The notes: generated from the letters alone by a model not told the origin. Positions 1 through 12,950 are shown, numbered from the stretch's first letter. The stretch is 64,000 nucleotides of DNA from Vicinamibacterales bacterium (GCA_963662965.1 OY759970.1:3904524-3968523); one strand, 5' to 3'. Numbers and translations are program-made.

Positions 1-71
1 TCAAAGGGGTGCAGGCGGTGGCGATGAAGGCGTGGTTGGACCGAGTATCCTGACCGCGAGACCCTCGAACG

Positions 72-2039
72 ATGTCCACGTTCTATCTCACCACAGCGAT
101 CGACTTCGTCAACAGCCGGCCCCACCTGGGGACGGCCTACGAGAAGATCGCGGCCGACGTCATTGCTCGCTACAAGCGCTTGTGCGGCGTCGAGACCCGC
201 TTCTTGATGGGGAACGATGAGCACTCGCAAAACGTGTTTCAGCGTGCGCGAGAGCTTGGGACGGAGCCGCTGTCGTACTGCGATGAGATGGAAACGGCGT
301 TCCGCGACGTCTGGGCCCGGTTGGATATTTCCTTCGACGACTTCATTCGCACGACGGAGCCGCGTCACCGCACCGCGGTGACGCGGCTCGTGTCTCGGCT
401 CGCGGACGCGGGTGACATCTACGAGGGCTTCTACGAGGGCTGGTACTGCGTGTCGTGCGAGGCGTTCAAGCAGGAAAAGGACCTGGTTGAGGGCAATTGC
501 CCGGTGCACCAGAAGCCGCCGGCCTGGATCAAGGAGAAGAACCACTTCTTCCGGTTGTCGACGTATCGCCAACGTCTGCTGGACCACTACGCCTCGCATC
601 CGCACTTTCTCGAACCGGAGATCCGGCGCAACGAGGTCTTGCGGCTGCTGGAAGCCGGGCTCGACGACATCTCCATCAGTCGTGCGGGGCAGTCGTGGGG
701 GATTCCGGTGCCGACGGATCCAGACAGCGTCGTCTACGTCTGGATCGATGCGCTGATCAACTACGCATCCGGCGTCGGGTACGGCACCGACGACCGGTTG
801 TTCGAGAAGTGGTGGCCGGCCGATTTGCACGTGATCGGTAAGGACATCACACGCTTTCATTGCGTGGTGTGGCCCGCGATGCTGATGAGCGCCGGTGTCC
901 CGCTGCCCCGGCAGGTGTTCGGCCATGGCTGGGTGCACTGGCAAGGTCAGAAGATGAGCAAGTCGCTCGGGACGGTGGTCGACCCGCTGGAGACGGCGGA
1001 TCGTCTCGGTCCCGACCCGCTCCGGCTCTACCTGGTGAAGGAGATCGCCTTCGGCCAAGACGGCGACTTCACCTGGGACCGGTTCGCGGAGCGGTACAAC
1101 GTCGACTTGGCGAACAACTTCGGCAACCTCGTGTCACGCGTGGTGTCGATGGCACATCGCTACCGCCAGGGGCGTCTCGTCGCGCCGGCGCGGGAACCGG
1201 GACCGCTGGCGGCGGCCGCCGCGCAGGCGGTGACGGGGTATCGGGAGGCGATGGACCGCTACGCCTTGCACCACGGTGTGGCGGCGGCGTTCGGGCTCAT
1301 TGATGCGACCAATGCATACATCGCCGCCGTCGAGCCGTGGGCGGTGGCCAAGGACACCTCGCGCGCCGACGAGCTCGATCGACAGCTGTGCGACATGACC
1401 GAAGCGGTGCGGATCGCGGCGACGTTGCTGACGCCGGTGATGCCGCGCGCCTGCCGCGAGGTATTGACCCGGATCGGCGTCACGGGCGATGACGGCGCGG
1501 ATACCGACCTCCAACTCGAACGCGACGGCGTGTGGTCGATGCCCCCCGGCGCCGAGCGGCGTCTCGTCAAAGGCGCGGCGCTCTGGCCGCGGCTTGAAGA
1601 AGCAGAAGGAACCCCGACGATGAACGAAGAACGTGAACCGACGCCCGTCACCGCGCCGCCGACGGAGGCGCCGCCGGAGCCGTCATCGGCCACCGCCCCG
1701 GAGACGGCGCGTATTTCGATTGACGACTTCTTCAAAGTCGAGCTTCGGGTGGGGCGTATCGTCGCCGCCGAGGCGGTACCGAAGTCGAAGAAGCTGCTCC
1801 GGCTCGAGGTAGAGACCGGATCTGGCGTCCGGCAGATCGTCTCGGGTATCGCGAAGTCGTACGATCCGTCGGCGCTCGTCGGCCGACACGTCGTCTACGT
1901 GGCGAATCTCACGCCGGCGAAGCTGATGGGTATCGAGTCGGACGGCATGGTGCTGGCGGCGACCGATGCCGAGGGCAACGCGGTTCTGCTCCAGCCGGAC
2001 GATGCAGAGCGCGCCCCCGCAGGATCCGACGTACGGTGA
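72..2039 (+). CDS. metG: methionine--tRNA ligase with C-terminal EMAP/Trbp111-like tRNA-binding domain
   Basis: 655-aa ORF. Class I aaRS signatures are visible (RPHLGTAYEKI near the N-terminus, KMSKSLGT). It has a Cys knuckle CVSCEAF...CPVH and a C-terminal OB-fold tail KVELRVGRIVAAE...LTPAKLMGIESDGMVLAA. Confidence 0.95.
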   Translation: MSTFYLTTAIDFVNSRPHLGTAYEKIAADVIARYKRLCGVETRFLMGNDEHSQNVFQRARELGTEPLSYCDEMETAFRDVWARLDISFDDFIRTTEPRHRTAVTRLVSRLADAGDIYEGFYEGWYCVSCEAFKQEKDLVEGNCPVHQKPPAWIKEKNHFFRLSTYRQRLLDHYASHPHFLEPEIRRNEVLRLLEAGLDDISISRAGQSWGIPVPTDPDSVVYVWIDALINYASGVGYGTDDRLFEKWWPADLHVIGKDITRFHCVVWPAMLMSAGVPLPRQVFGHGWVHWQGQKMSKSLGTVVDPLETADRLGPDPLRLYLVKEIAFGQDGDFTWDRFAERYNVDLANNFGNLVSRVVSMAHRYRQGRLVAPAREPGPLAAAAAQAVTGYREAMDRYALHHGVAAAFGLIDATNAYIAAVEPWAVAKDTSRADELDRQLCDMTEAVRIAATLLTPVMPRACREVLTRIGVTGDDGADTDLQLERDGVWSMPPGAERRLVKGAALWPRLEEAEGTPTMNEEREPTPVTAPPTEAPPEPSSATAPETARISIDDFFKVELRVGRIVAAEAVPKSKKLLRLEVETGSGVRQIVSGIAKSYDPSALVGRHVVYVANLTPAKLMGIESDGMVLAATDAEGNAVLLQPDDAERAPAGSDVR

Positions 2040-2839
2040 TCGATTCGCACTGCCATTTGGCGGACGAGGCGTTCGCATCGGACGTGGCGGCCGTGGTCGA
2101 CCGGGCCCAGGCAGCCGGGGTTGCGCAGGCGCTCTGCATTATCGATGTCACCAACGACGCGGAGCAGCGCCGCGCCGATCGCGTCGGTGAGCTCTGGTCC
2201 GCGCTTCGGTTCGCGGCCGGTGTCCACCCGCACCAGGCAGGCCGGTTCGACGCCAACCTGGACGCCGTCGTACCGACCGTCACGAACGCGCTCGAGGGGC
2301 GCCCCCGCGCGTGCGCCGTGGGGGAGATCGGTCTCGACTACCATTACGATTTCGCGCCGCGCGCGACCCAAATCGAGGTGTTTCGACGACAGATCCGGCT
2401 GGCGCGCGAACGGCGCGATCCGATCGTCATCCACACGCGGGAGGCGGACGACGACACGGTCGATGCCGTACGGGCGGAGGGGCAGGGCGAGGTCGGTGGT
2501 GTCTTTCACTGCTTCACCGGCGATACCGCGCTGGCCCGCCGGGCGCTCGACCTCGGGTTCTACGTCTCCTTCTCGGGCATCGTGACCTTCAAGCGGGCCG
2601 AAAAGATTCGCGAAGCCGCCGCCTACGTGCCGGCCGATCGTTTATTGGTCGAGACCGATGCCCCGTACCTGGCCCCGGTGCCTCACCGGGGCCAGCGGAA
2701 CGAGCCGGCGTGGGTGGCGCGCGTCGTCGACGTCGTGGCCGACGTCCGTGGTGAGACCCCGGAACGGGTCGTTGACGCGGCGCGACGCTCGTTCGACCGG
2801 CTGTTCGTGGACCGAGTGTTAAGCGGAGAATGCTTCTAA
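2036..2839 (+). CDS. tatD: TatD-family metal-dependent hydrolase/DNase
   Basis: 267 aa with motifs IDSHCHL, GEIGLDYHYD, IVIHTREA, FHCFTG and LLVETDAPYLAP. A GTGA start/stop overlap couples it to metG. Confidence 0.9.
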   Translation: MIDSHCHLADEAFASDVAAVVDRAQAAGVAQALCIIDVTNDAEQRRADRVGELWSALRFAAGVHPHQAGRFDANLDAVVPTVTNALEGRPRACAVGEIGLDYHYDFAPRATQIEVFRRQIRLARERRDPIVIHTREADDDTVDAVRAEGQGEVGGVFHCFTGDTALARRALDLGFYVSFSGIVTFKRAEKIREAAAYVPADRLLVETDAPYLAPVPHRGQRNEPAWVARVVDVVADVRGETPERVVDAARRSFDRLFVDRVLSGECF

Positions 2840-2851
2840 AGGCTTGGCACG

Positions 2852-5940
<3,089 letters not shown>

Positions 5941-5947
5941 TACGACG

Positions 5948-7318
5948 ATGAGGCATCGGATATTGGTCATCGACGACGAAAACGCGATTCGCGACTCGCT
6001 GAAGATGATTCTCGAGTATGTTGGCTACGAATGCCTGCTGGCGCCGAGTGGCCAGGACGGATTGACCCGGGTCGAACGCGATGAGCCCGACCTCGTGTTT
6101 CTCGACATCAAGATGCCAGGGATGGACGGCCTCGAGGTACTGCGGAAGCTCCGGGAGATGGACGAACTCCTTCCCGTGGTGATCATTTCTGGCCACGGCA
6201 CGGTGAGCACCGCGGTCGAGGCGACGAAGCTCGGCGCCTTCGACTTTCTCGAGAAGCCGTTTTCAGAAGACCGGGTCAAGCTGAGCATCCGCAACGCGTT
6301 GAACCAACGCCGGCTAGGTGACGAAAATCGTGGTTGGCGACGTGCTGCGGAGGTCAAGCACGAGATGATCGGCGACAGCGCGGCGCTCAGAACCATGACC
6401 GAGGAAATCGGGCGGGCGGCGCCGGTGCGGAGTGCGGTGCTGATTCAAGGCGAGAGCGGCGTCGGGAAAGAGCTGGTGGCGCGCGCGATTCACCGGAACA
6501 GCCCGCGCGCGCGCGATCGATTCGTGCAGGTCAACTGCGCCGCGATTCCTGATGACCTAATCGAATCGGAGCTATTCGGCCACGAAAAAGGCTCGTTCAC
6601 TGGGGCGACGGAGAAACAGGTTGGCAAGTTCGAGCAGGCCGACCGTGGCTCGATCTTTCTCGACGAGATCGGCGACATGACGCTCAAGACGCAGGCGAAG
6701 GTCTTGCGGGTGTTACAGGAAGGCGAGGTGGAGCGTCTCGGATCGGCACGGACGATGAAGGTGGACGTGCGGGTGCTGGCGGCCACCAACAAGAACCTTG
6801 AGGAGGCGATCGAAGCGGGCGAGTTTCGAGAGGATCTGTTCTTTCGCCTCAGCGTGATCCCGATTCAGGTGCCGCCGTTGCGCGAGCGAGCGGATGACAT
6901 TCCGGCGTTGATTCGCCATTTCGCCAAGTTGTTTTGCCGGGAAAACAACCTCAAGGCCAAGCCGTTTGACGATGCAGCGCTCGACGCCCTGTCGCAGCAC
7001 CACTGGCGCGGGAACATTCGAGAGCTCCGGAACTCGGTCGAGCGCCTGCTGGTGATGGTGCCCGGACGCTCCGTGGACCTCGCCGACGTCCGTTCCGTGT
7101 TGCGCCTCGGCGACCGGCCGGCGGCGGCCGCTCGGTCGGCGGCCACCGCCAGTACGCTGCGTGAGTTCAAGGAGACGAGTGAACGTTCGTTCCTGGTCGC
7201 CAAGCTGCGCGAGCTTGGCTGGAACATCTCCAAGACGGCAGAGGAGATCGATACGCCGCGTAGTAACCTGTACAAGAAGCTCGAGCAGTACCGCATCAGC
7301 CAGGAGACTGACGGCTAG
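5948..7318 (+). CDS. sigma-54-dependent response regulator (NtrC family)
   Basis: 456 aa. Receiver domain (ILVIDDE...DLVFLDIKMPGMDG), AAA+ core (GESGVGKE, a GSFTGA variant of GAFTGA, RGNIRELRN) and a C-terminal Fis-type HTH (NISKTAEEIDTPRSNLYKKL). Confidence 0.9.
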   Translation: MRHRILVIDDENAIRDSLKMILEYVGYECLLAPSGQDGLTRVERDEPDLVFLDIKMPGMDGLEVLRKLREMDELLPVVIISGHGTVSTAVEATKLGAFDFLEKPFSEDRVKLSIRNALNQRRLGDENRGWRRAAEVKHEMIGDSAALRTMTEEIGRAAPVRSAVLIQGESGVGKELVARAIHRNSPRARDRFVQVNCAAIPDDLIESELFGHEKGSFTGATEKQVGKFEQADRGSIFLDEIGDMTLKTQAKVLRVLQEGEVERLGSARTMKVDVRVLAATNKNLEEAIEAGEFREDLFFRLSVIPIQVPPLRERADDIPALIRHFAKLFCRENNLKAKPFDDAALDALSQHHWRGNIRELRNSVERLLVMVPGRSVDLADVRSVLRLGDRPAAAARSAATASTLREFKETSERSFLVAKLRELGWNISKTAEEIDTPRSNLYKKLEQYRISQETDG

Positions 7319-7347
7319 CGGGCGAGCACGCTCTTTGACATTCCGTC

Positions 7348-7800
7348 GTAGCTGGCTAGACGACCGCTGCGCTTGCGTCGCCTCCGTGCGGCGTGGGCGG
7401 AGAGGAAAGTCCGAACTCCGCAGGGCGATGCGCCGGGTAACACCCGGTCAGGGTGACCTGAAGGAAAGTGGCACAGAAAAGACACCGCCCGCCTTCGCGT
7501 GCGACGTACGCTTCGGCGAGGCAAGCCTAGGCATGCTTCGCCGTAGCCCGTCAGGGCGAAGGCGAGTAAGGGTGAAAAGGTGCGGTAAGAGCGCACCGCA
7601 TCGGCCGCAAGGTCGATGGCAGGCTAAACCCCGCATGGAGCAAGACCAAATAGGGAGGCGTGAGCAGGGCTGCCCGCCCGAGGCCTCCGGGTAGGTCGCA
7701 CGATCCTGTCAGCGATGGCAGGGCTAGAGGAATGGTCGTCACCGCGCGGCCGCGAGCGATCGCGACGCACGGCACAGAATTCGGCTTACGGCCAGACTGC
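7348..7800 (+). ncRNA. rnpB: RNase P RNA, bacterial type A
   Basis: All universally conserved regions can be read directly: AGAGGAAAGTCCGAAC, GGCACAGAAAAGACACCGCC, GTAAGGGTGAAAAGGTGCGGTAAGAGCGCACCGC, GCTAAACCCCGCATGGAGCAAGACCAAATAGG and CACAGAATTCGGCTTAC. P1 can form between about 7348-7356 and 7791-7800. End positions are good to a few nt. Confidence 0.93.
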
Positions 7801-7847
7801 GGCGGAATCTTTATCAGGGGCTACAGAGCGAGCGCAGTGGAGGCACG

Positions 7848-8996
7848 ATGACCCGACGATGGAGCACCCTGGCCGGGATCCTTCTGATCTTCGCGGCGAT
7901 CGTGTCTGGCCTGACCGTGCTCGGGCAGGCGCAACGGTCGCGCGAACCGCGACCTGACGGGCCGAGCCTCAGTGTCGAGGATTACGTGCCGCGCTCCACG
8001 CTCGTGGTCGATGGCCAACCCGTTCCTCGCGCCAAGTTTCCGGTCATTGACGTGCACAGCCATCACCGGCCCGGTGTTTCCACGTCGCGGTGGAACGAGA
8101 TCGTGGGCGAGATGGACGCGCTGAATCTGCAGGTGTTGGTGAATCTCAGTGGCGGCTCGGGGGGCTCCCTTGCGCGCGGCGTCGAGACGATTGCACAAAG
8201 CTCCCATCCCGGGCGGATGGTGTTTTTCGCCAACCTCGACTTCCGCGGTGGCGTCGGACCCGGGTTTGGCGAGCGCGCGGCGGCGCAGCTGGAGCGCGAC
8301 GTCGAGGCGGGGGCGGTCGGCCTGAAATTCTTCAAGAACTTCGGCATTGACGTACGGGATCACGATGGGACGCGCGTCCCGGTCGATCACCCCGAGCTCG
8401 ACCCGGTCTTCGAGACCGCCGGACGACTAGGGATCCCGGTGCTCATGCACGTCGGCGAGCCGTCATCCTTCTACGATCCGGTTGATCAATACAACGAACG
8501 GTGGCTCGAGTTGACGCTGCTCCCGGGTCGCCGCATGCCCGCCGACCGGTATCCGAGTTTCGATACGATGATGGCCGAGCGCGACCGTCGGTTCGCCCGT
8601 CATCCGAGCACCCGGTTCATCGCTGCGCACATGGGGTGGCATGCGAACGACCTGGGCCGATTGGCGGAGCTCCTCGACCGGCTACCGAACGTCTACGCCG
8701 AAACCGCGGCGATTCTCTATGAGCTCGGGCGGCAACCATGGACCGCGCGTGAGTTCTTCATGACCTATCAGGACCGCATCCTGTTCGGGAAAGACCGATT
8801 TGCCCCCGACGAGTTCCCGTACTACTGGCGCACGTTCGAAACACGCGACGAGTACTTCGACTACTACCGTCGGTATCATGCCTTCTGGAAGCTGTACGGG
8901 ATGAACCTGCCCGATGAGGTGCTCCGCAAGGTCTACTACCAGAACGCGCTCGACGTCATTACCGGCATCGATCGGTCGCAGTTTCCCGCGCCGTAA
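7848..8996 (+). CDS. membrane-anchored or secreted amidohydrolase-family protein
   Basis: 382 aa with an N-terminal hydrophobic anchor. Metal-ligand-like motifs PVIDVHSHH, VLMHVGEP and AAHMGW are typical of amidohydrolase_2-type TIM barrels. Confidence 0.7.
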   Translation: MTRRWSTLAGILLIFAAIVSGLTVLGQAQRSREPRPDGPSLSVEDYVPRSTLVVDGQPVPRAKFPVIDVHSHHRPGVSTSRWNEIVGEMDALNLQVLVNLSGGSGGSLARGVETIAQSSHPGRMVFFANLDFRGGVGPGFGERAAAQLERDVEAGAVGLKFFKNFGIDVRDHDGTRVPVDHPELDPVFETAGRLGIPVLMHVGEPSSFYDPVDQYNERWLELTLLPGRRMPADRYPSFDTMMAERDRRFARHPSTRFIAAHMGWHANDLGRLAELLDRLPNVYAETAAILYELGRQPWTAREFFMTYQDRILFGKDRFAPDEFPYYWRTFETRDEYFDYYRRYHAFWKLYGMNLPDEVLRKVYYQNALDVITGIDRSQFPAP

Positions 8997-9004
8997 CGTT
9001 TCGG

Positions 9005-9955
9005 ATGTCCCGCTATCTCGTCACCGGCGGCGCCGGCTTCATCGGGTCCCACGTGGTTGATGCGCTCGTATCTCGAGGCGAGTCGGTCCGGGTGGTCGAC
9101 GATCTCTCGACAGGTTCCCGCGGCAATGTGGCGTCGAGCGCCCGGGTCGAGTTTGTCGAAGGCGACCTGGCCGGTCCGGGTGTCGCGGCGGCGGCGGTCG
9201 CCGAGATGGAGTGGGTGATTCATCTCGCGGCGATCCCGTCCGTCCCGCGGTCCGTCCTCGAGCCGGCACGGCTGCACCGCGCGAATGTCGAGGCGACGCA
9301 TACGCTCTTGCTCGCGGCGCGCGACGCCGAGGTCCGCCGGGTAGTGCAAGCAAGCTCGTCGTCGGTGTACGGCGAGTCTCGGACGCTTCCCAAGCACGAG
9401 GCGATGCCGCCGTCGCCGCTGTCTCCCTACGCCTTGCACAAGCTGATTGCTGAGCAGTACGGCGCGCTCTTTGCGCAGCTGTACGGGCTCGAGACGGTGT
9501 CGTTGCGCTTTTTTAACGTCTTTGGCCCGCGTCAGTCGCCGAGCTCCCAGTACTCCGGCGTCATCTCCCTCTTCACCGCCGCGCTTCTGGCCGGACAGGC
9601 GCCGACAATCTACGGCGATGGCGAGCAGACCCGCGACTTCACCTACGTCAGCGACGTGGCCGGCGGCATCATCAAAGCGTTGACCGCGCCCGGCGTGTCA
9701 GGCCGCACCATCAACGTCGCGTGCGGCGGGCGGACGTCGATCAATGACTTGTACGGCATGCTGCAGCGCGTCACCGGCACGACCCTCGACCCCCGGTACG
9801 ACGAACCGCGTGCGGGCGACATCCGGGACTCACAAGCGGACGTCTCGCTCGCGCGCGAGTTGCTCGGGTTTGAGCCAGACGTGTCGATCGAGGAGGGACT
9901 CCGCCGAACCGTCGAATGGCAGAGAGCAGCGGTGAGTAGCCAGAACTGCGGGTAA
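9005..9955 (+). CDS. NAD-dependent sugar-nucleotide epimerase/dehydratase (SDR family)
   Basis: 316 aa with the Rossmann motif VTGGAGFIGSH, the catalytic YxxxK (SPYALHKLIAE) and the C-terminal RAGDIRDSQADVS typical of UDP-sugar epimerases/decarboxylases. Confidence 0.85.
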   Translation: MSRYLVTGGAGFIGSHVVDALVSRGESVRVVDDLSTGSRGNVASSARVEFVEGDLAGPGVAAAAVAEMEWVIHLAAIPSVPRSVLEPARLHRANVEATHTLLLAARDAEVRRVVQASSSSVYGESRTLPKHEAMPPSPLSPYALHKLIAEQYGALFAQLYGLETVSLRFFNVFGPRQSPSSQYSGVISLFTAALLAGQAPTIYGDGEQTRDFTYVSDVAGGIIKALTAPGVSGRTINVACGGRTSINDLYGMLQRVTGTTLDPRYDEPRAGDIRDSQADVSLARELLGFEPDVSIEEGLRRTVEWQRAAVSSQNCG

Positions 9956-9972
9956 CCGCTGCCAGTTCAAGG

Positions 9973-10410
9973 TCAATGTTCAGGGTTCAAGGTTCCCTCT
10001 ACGACGCGGCGGACGCGTAGGACCAAGCCTTTCGCGCCGACCACTTCGACGTCGGCGTGCCGGTCGATCGGCTCCCCGTCGTCGGTTTCTGCACGCCACA
10101 ACTCGCCGCCGATGCGGACGTAGCCGCATGGCGCGAGCGGCTCGACCGGGCGGCCGCGCGAACCGATGAGTCGCTCGACGGGCGGCGTATCGGTCGCGTC
10201 GTAAGCCGTTCGCAGTAGCGGATAGAGCGCCATGTCCTTGACGAACCAGAACGCCGGCAATCCCGCCGCGGCCCATGCCGGTACGTCCATCGACCGGTAC
10301 AGCCACCAGCCGGCTGTTGCTGCGAGCACCCACCCCGGGATCTGGAAGGCGGTATAGCGCCAGAACGGCGACCGGCGTGCTGGCACTAGCCTGACCCCCA
10401 TGCCAGCCAA
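9973..10410 (-). CDS. NfeD-like membrane protein (C-terminal OB-fold)
   Basis: 145 aa with two or three N-terminal TM helices, then GYVRIGGELWRAETDDGEPI...VEVVGAKGLVLRV, which is typical of the NfeD C-terminal domain. Confidence 0.6.
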   Translation of the reverse strand: MAGMGVRLVPARRSPFWRYTAFQIPGWVLAATAGWWLYRSMDVPAWAAAGLPAFWFVKDMALYPLLRTAYDATDTPPVERLIGSRGRPVEPLAPCGYVRIGGELWRAETDDGEPIDRHADVEVVGAKGLVLRVRRVVEGTLNPEH

Positions 10411-11177
10411 CGCCCGTCTCGGCGTTCCAGCTTCAGCGGGACTCCGAAGCAGCGCGACAGCAGATCGGCCGTTAGCGTCTCGCCAATGCGTCCGTGTGCC
10501 ACCGGGCGTCCCTCGGCGAGCAAGAGAACATGCGTGAATCCAGGTGGGATCTCGTCGACGTGATGCGTCACGAGAACCACGCCGCGCACGCGCGGGTCGT
10601 CGGCGACACCGCCGAGGAGCGCGACCAACTGTTCGCGCCCGGCGAGGTCGAGGCCGGCCGTCGGCTCATCGAGGATCAACAGCGGCGGATTGCCTATCAG
10701 CGCGCGGGCGAGCAACACGCGCTGCCGCTCGCCCGCTGACAAGGTGGCATAGCGTGCGCCTGAGAGCGCGCCACACGCGAATCGCGCCAGAAGCGCGTCG
10801 GCGCGCTCACGGTCGGCGTCGCTGTATTCGTGCCACCATGGCGCCAGGGCGGCGTTTCGCCCGGTCATCACGATGTCGCGAGCTGACAAGGCCGGTCGCA
10901 TCATGTCGGCAAGCGCTTGGCTGGTCATCCCGAGCTGCGTGCGCAGCGCGCGCACGTCGGTGCGGCCGAGCCGTTCTCCGAGGACATCGACGTGGCCCCG
11001 CGTGGGGTGCAGATACAGTCCGGCGACGCGGCAAAGCGTCGTCTTGCCTGAGCCGTTCGGTCCGAGCACGACCCAGCGTTCTCCAGAAGCCACACGCCAG
11101 TCGATGGCGTCGAGGATGGTCCGGCCATTCCGCACGAGCGTGACGTCGGAGAAGGTGAGGACCGGGGTCGAGGGCAT
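10386..11177 (-). CDS. orphan ABC transporter ATP-binding protein (YlmA/ModF-like)
   Basis: Walker A GPNGSGKTTL, signature LSAGERQRV, Walker B LLILDEPTAGLD and H-loop LVTHH. I moved the start to the internal ATG (MPSTPVLTF) because the first 11 codons of the 10386..11210 ORF lie inside a repeat element. No permease gene is adjacent. Confidence 0.85.
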   Translation of the reverse strand: MPSTPVLTFSDVTLVRNGRTILDAIDWRVASGERWVVLGPNGSGKTTLCRVAGLYLHPTRGHVDVLGERLGRTDVRALRTQLGMTSQALADMMRPALSARDIVMTGRNAALAPWWHEYSDADRERADALLARFACGALSGARYATLSAGERQRVLLARALIGNPPLLILDEPTAGLDLAGREQLVALLGGVADDPRVRGVVLVTHHVDEIPPGFTHVLLLAEGRPVAHGRIGETLTADLLSRCFGVPLKLERRDGRWLAWGSG

Positions 11178-11187
11178 GGGGCATAGT

Positions 11188-11313
11188 TTAGATGGGGCTG
11201 ACTGCCCCAAGCCCCGTCGCGGGCACTCGCAGGGACTTCAGATGCCCCGCTCCGTGCCCGCCCTGGTCCCTATTCGGGCGACCGAGTGGCGTGGGGCGTC
11301 GGGGCCCCACTAA
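11188..11313 (+). repeat. intergenic structured repeat, full-length copy (about 126 bp)
   Basis: It starts TTAGATGGGGCTGACTGCCCCAAGCCCCGTCGCGGGCACTCGC... and ends ...GGGGCCCCACTAA. It has the same length and imperfect terminal inverted repeats as the copy at 55035-55160. Confidence 0.7.
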
Positions 11314-11398
11314 CGAGGGAGCCAGGGGGTCTGTGGAAAGCGCGCGAAACTTGGGCACATACCCGAGCGCAATATTCCTCCAGTCTAAGCTTGGTCGG

Positions 11399-12427
11399 AT
11401 GCCGCAAGATCAGCACGTGACCAACGGCGGCGGACCGGATCGGGTCCTGCACATCCGCGACTTGACCGTGACGTTTCCTGACGGGGTGCGGGCCGTCGAC
11501 CGCGTCACGCTCCGAGCTCCGCGCCGGCTAGACACTCGCGCTCGTCGGTGAAAGCGGGAGCGACAAGAGCATGCTGGTGCATGCGGTGCTCGGTGTCATT
11601 CCGCCGCCCGGTCGGATTGCCTCCGGCGAGCTGTGGATCCGCGTCGGTGACGGTCCGGCGCCGGTGGTCGACCTGGCCCGGCTCGATCCATTAAGCGAGG
11701 CGATGCGGGCGGTGCGCGGCCGACATCTCGGCATGGTGTTCCAGAACGCGCTCGCCAGTCTCACTCCCACGCTGACGATTGGCAGTCAACTGACCGAGCT
11801 GATTCGGTTGTATCGCCCGAGCGAGACGGATGAGATCGCCGTCGACACATTGGTCCGAGTTGGGATTCCTGATCCACGACGTATCTTTGCCGCCTACCCG
11901 TATCAGCTCTCCGGCGGGCTCGCGCAACGGGCGATGATCGCTCTGGCGATCTGTTGCCGACCACGGGTGCTGTTTGCCGACGAGCCGACGACGGCCCTCG
12001 ATCCGATTCGACGTGATGAGGTATTGGAGTTGATCGCCGAACTGCAGCGGGAGCTGGGGATGGCGGTGCTGCACATCGGGCATGACGTGTCGACCGTGGC
12101 GGCATTCGCCGACAGGCTCGCGGTGATGTACGCGGGACGCGTCGTGGAAACGGGGCTGGCCGCCGCGGTCGTCGCCCCCCGCAGCATCCGTATATGCGCC
12201 GGCTGCTCGCGGCGGAGCCACGTCTCGGGCGGCCCGCGGATGCGTTCGTGTCGATTCCAGGAGTCGTGCCGCGCGACCGCTCTCGCTGGCGGCGCTGGGC
12301 ATTTGCCGAGCGGTGCGACGACGCGGTCGCGGGGACGTGCGACGTCGCGACTCCCGCGCTGGTGGTCGCCGGCGACGACCGAGCGGTTCGCTGCTTTCTC
12401 CAGAGCGAGGCGACGGAGCCGATGTGA
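11399..12427 (+). pseudogene. decayed oligopeptide/dipeptide ABC ATPase (DppD/OppD-like)
   Basis: The N-terminus LHIRDLTVTFPDGVRAVDRVTL is followed by four lesions. There is a +1 shift near 11513. An in-frame TAG at 11529-11531 sits where the Glu of ELRAGETLALVGESG is expected. Walker A is mutated to GESGSDKS. A further shift occurs in a C6 run (12175-12180) before HPYMRRLLAA. Signature YQLSGGLAQR and Walker B LFADEPTTALD are still readable. Confidence 0.8.
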
Positions 12428-12888
12428 GCCCGCCGCCGTTCTTGCGGACCGACGGCCTGCGAAAGGAGTATCGGGCGCGCGTCGTAGACGGGGGTGATAC
12501 GGTCGTGCGCGCGCTCGACGGCGTCACCCTGACCACGGACCGGCTCGATGCGCATCCCGACGAGCTGAGCGGCGGCGAGCGTCAGCGGGTCGGTATTGCG
12601 CGAGCCATCGCCACAAGACCGCGCTTCGTCGTCGCCGATGAGCCGGTCGCCGCACTCGACGCGCCAATCCAAGGCCGCATCCTCAATTGCTTGCGGGAGC
12701 TCCGGCGCGAACTGTCGCTGACTATGCTGTTCGTCTCGCATGATCTTGCCGTGGTCAGCCGGATGGCCGACCGCGTTGCGGTGATGGACGCGGGCTGCAT
12801 CGTTGAGGCGGGGTCGACCGCGGCGGTGTTTACCCACCCCGAACATCCGCAAACACGACGTCTGCTTGCGCGCACGCAGCGTCTATAA
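12424..12888 (+). pseudogene. internally deleted DppF/OppF-like ABC ATPase remnant
   Basis: 154 codons. LRTDGLRKEY...VRALDGVTL runs directly into ...LDAHPDELSGGERQRVGIARA, so Walker A and the Q-loop are missing. Walker B VVADEPVAALD, the H-loop FVSHD and the C-terminal HPEHPQTRRLL are retained. Confidence 0.7.
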
Positions 12889-12950
12889 TCGACTAGCTGT
12901 TTCATGCCGCGTTTCGTGCTGCTGACTTTCGCCCTGCGCCGTTTGCGATA

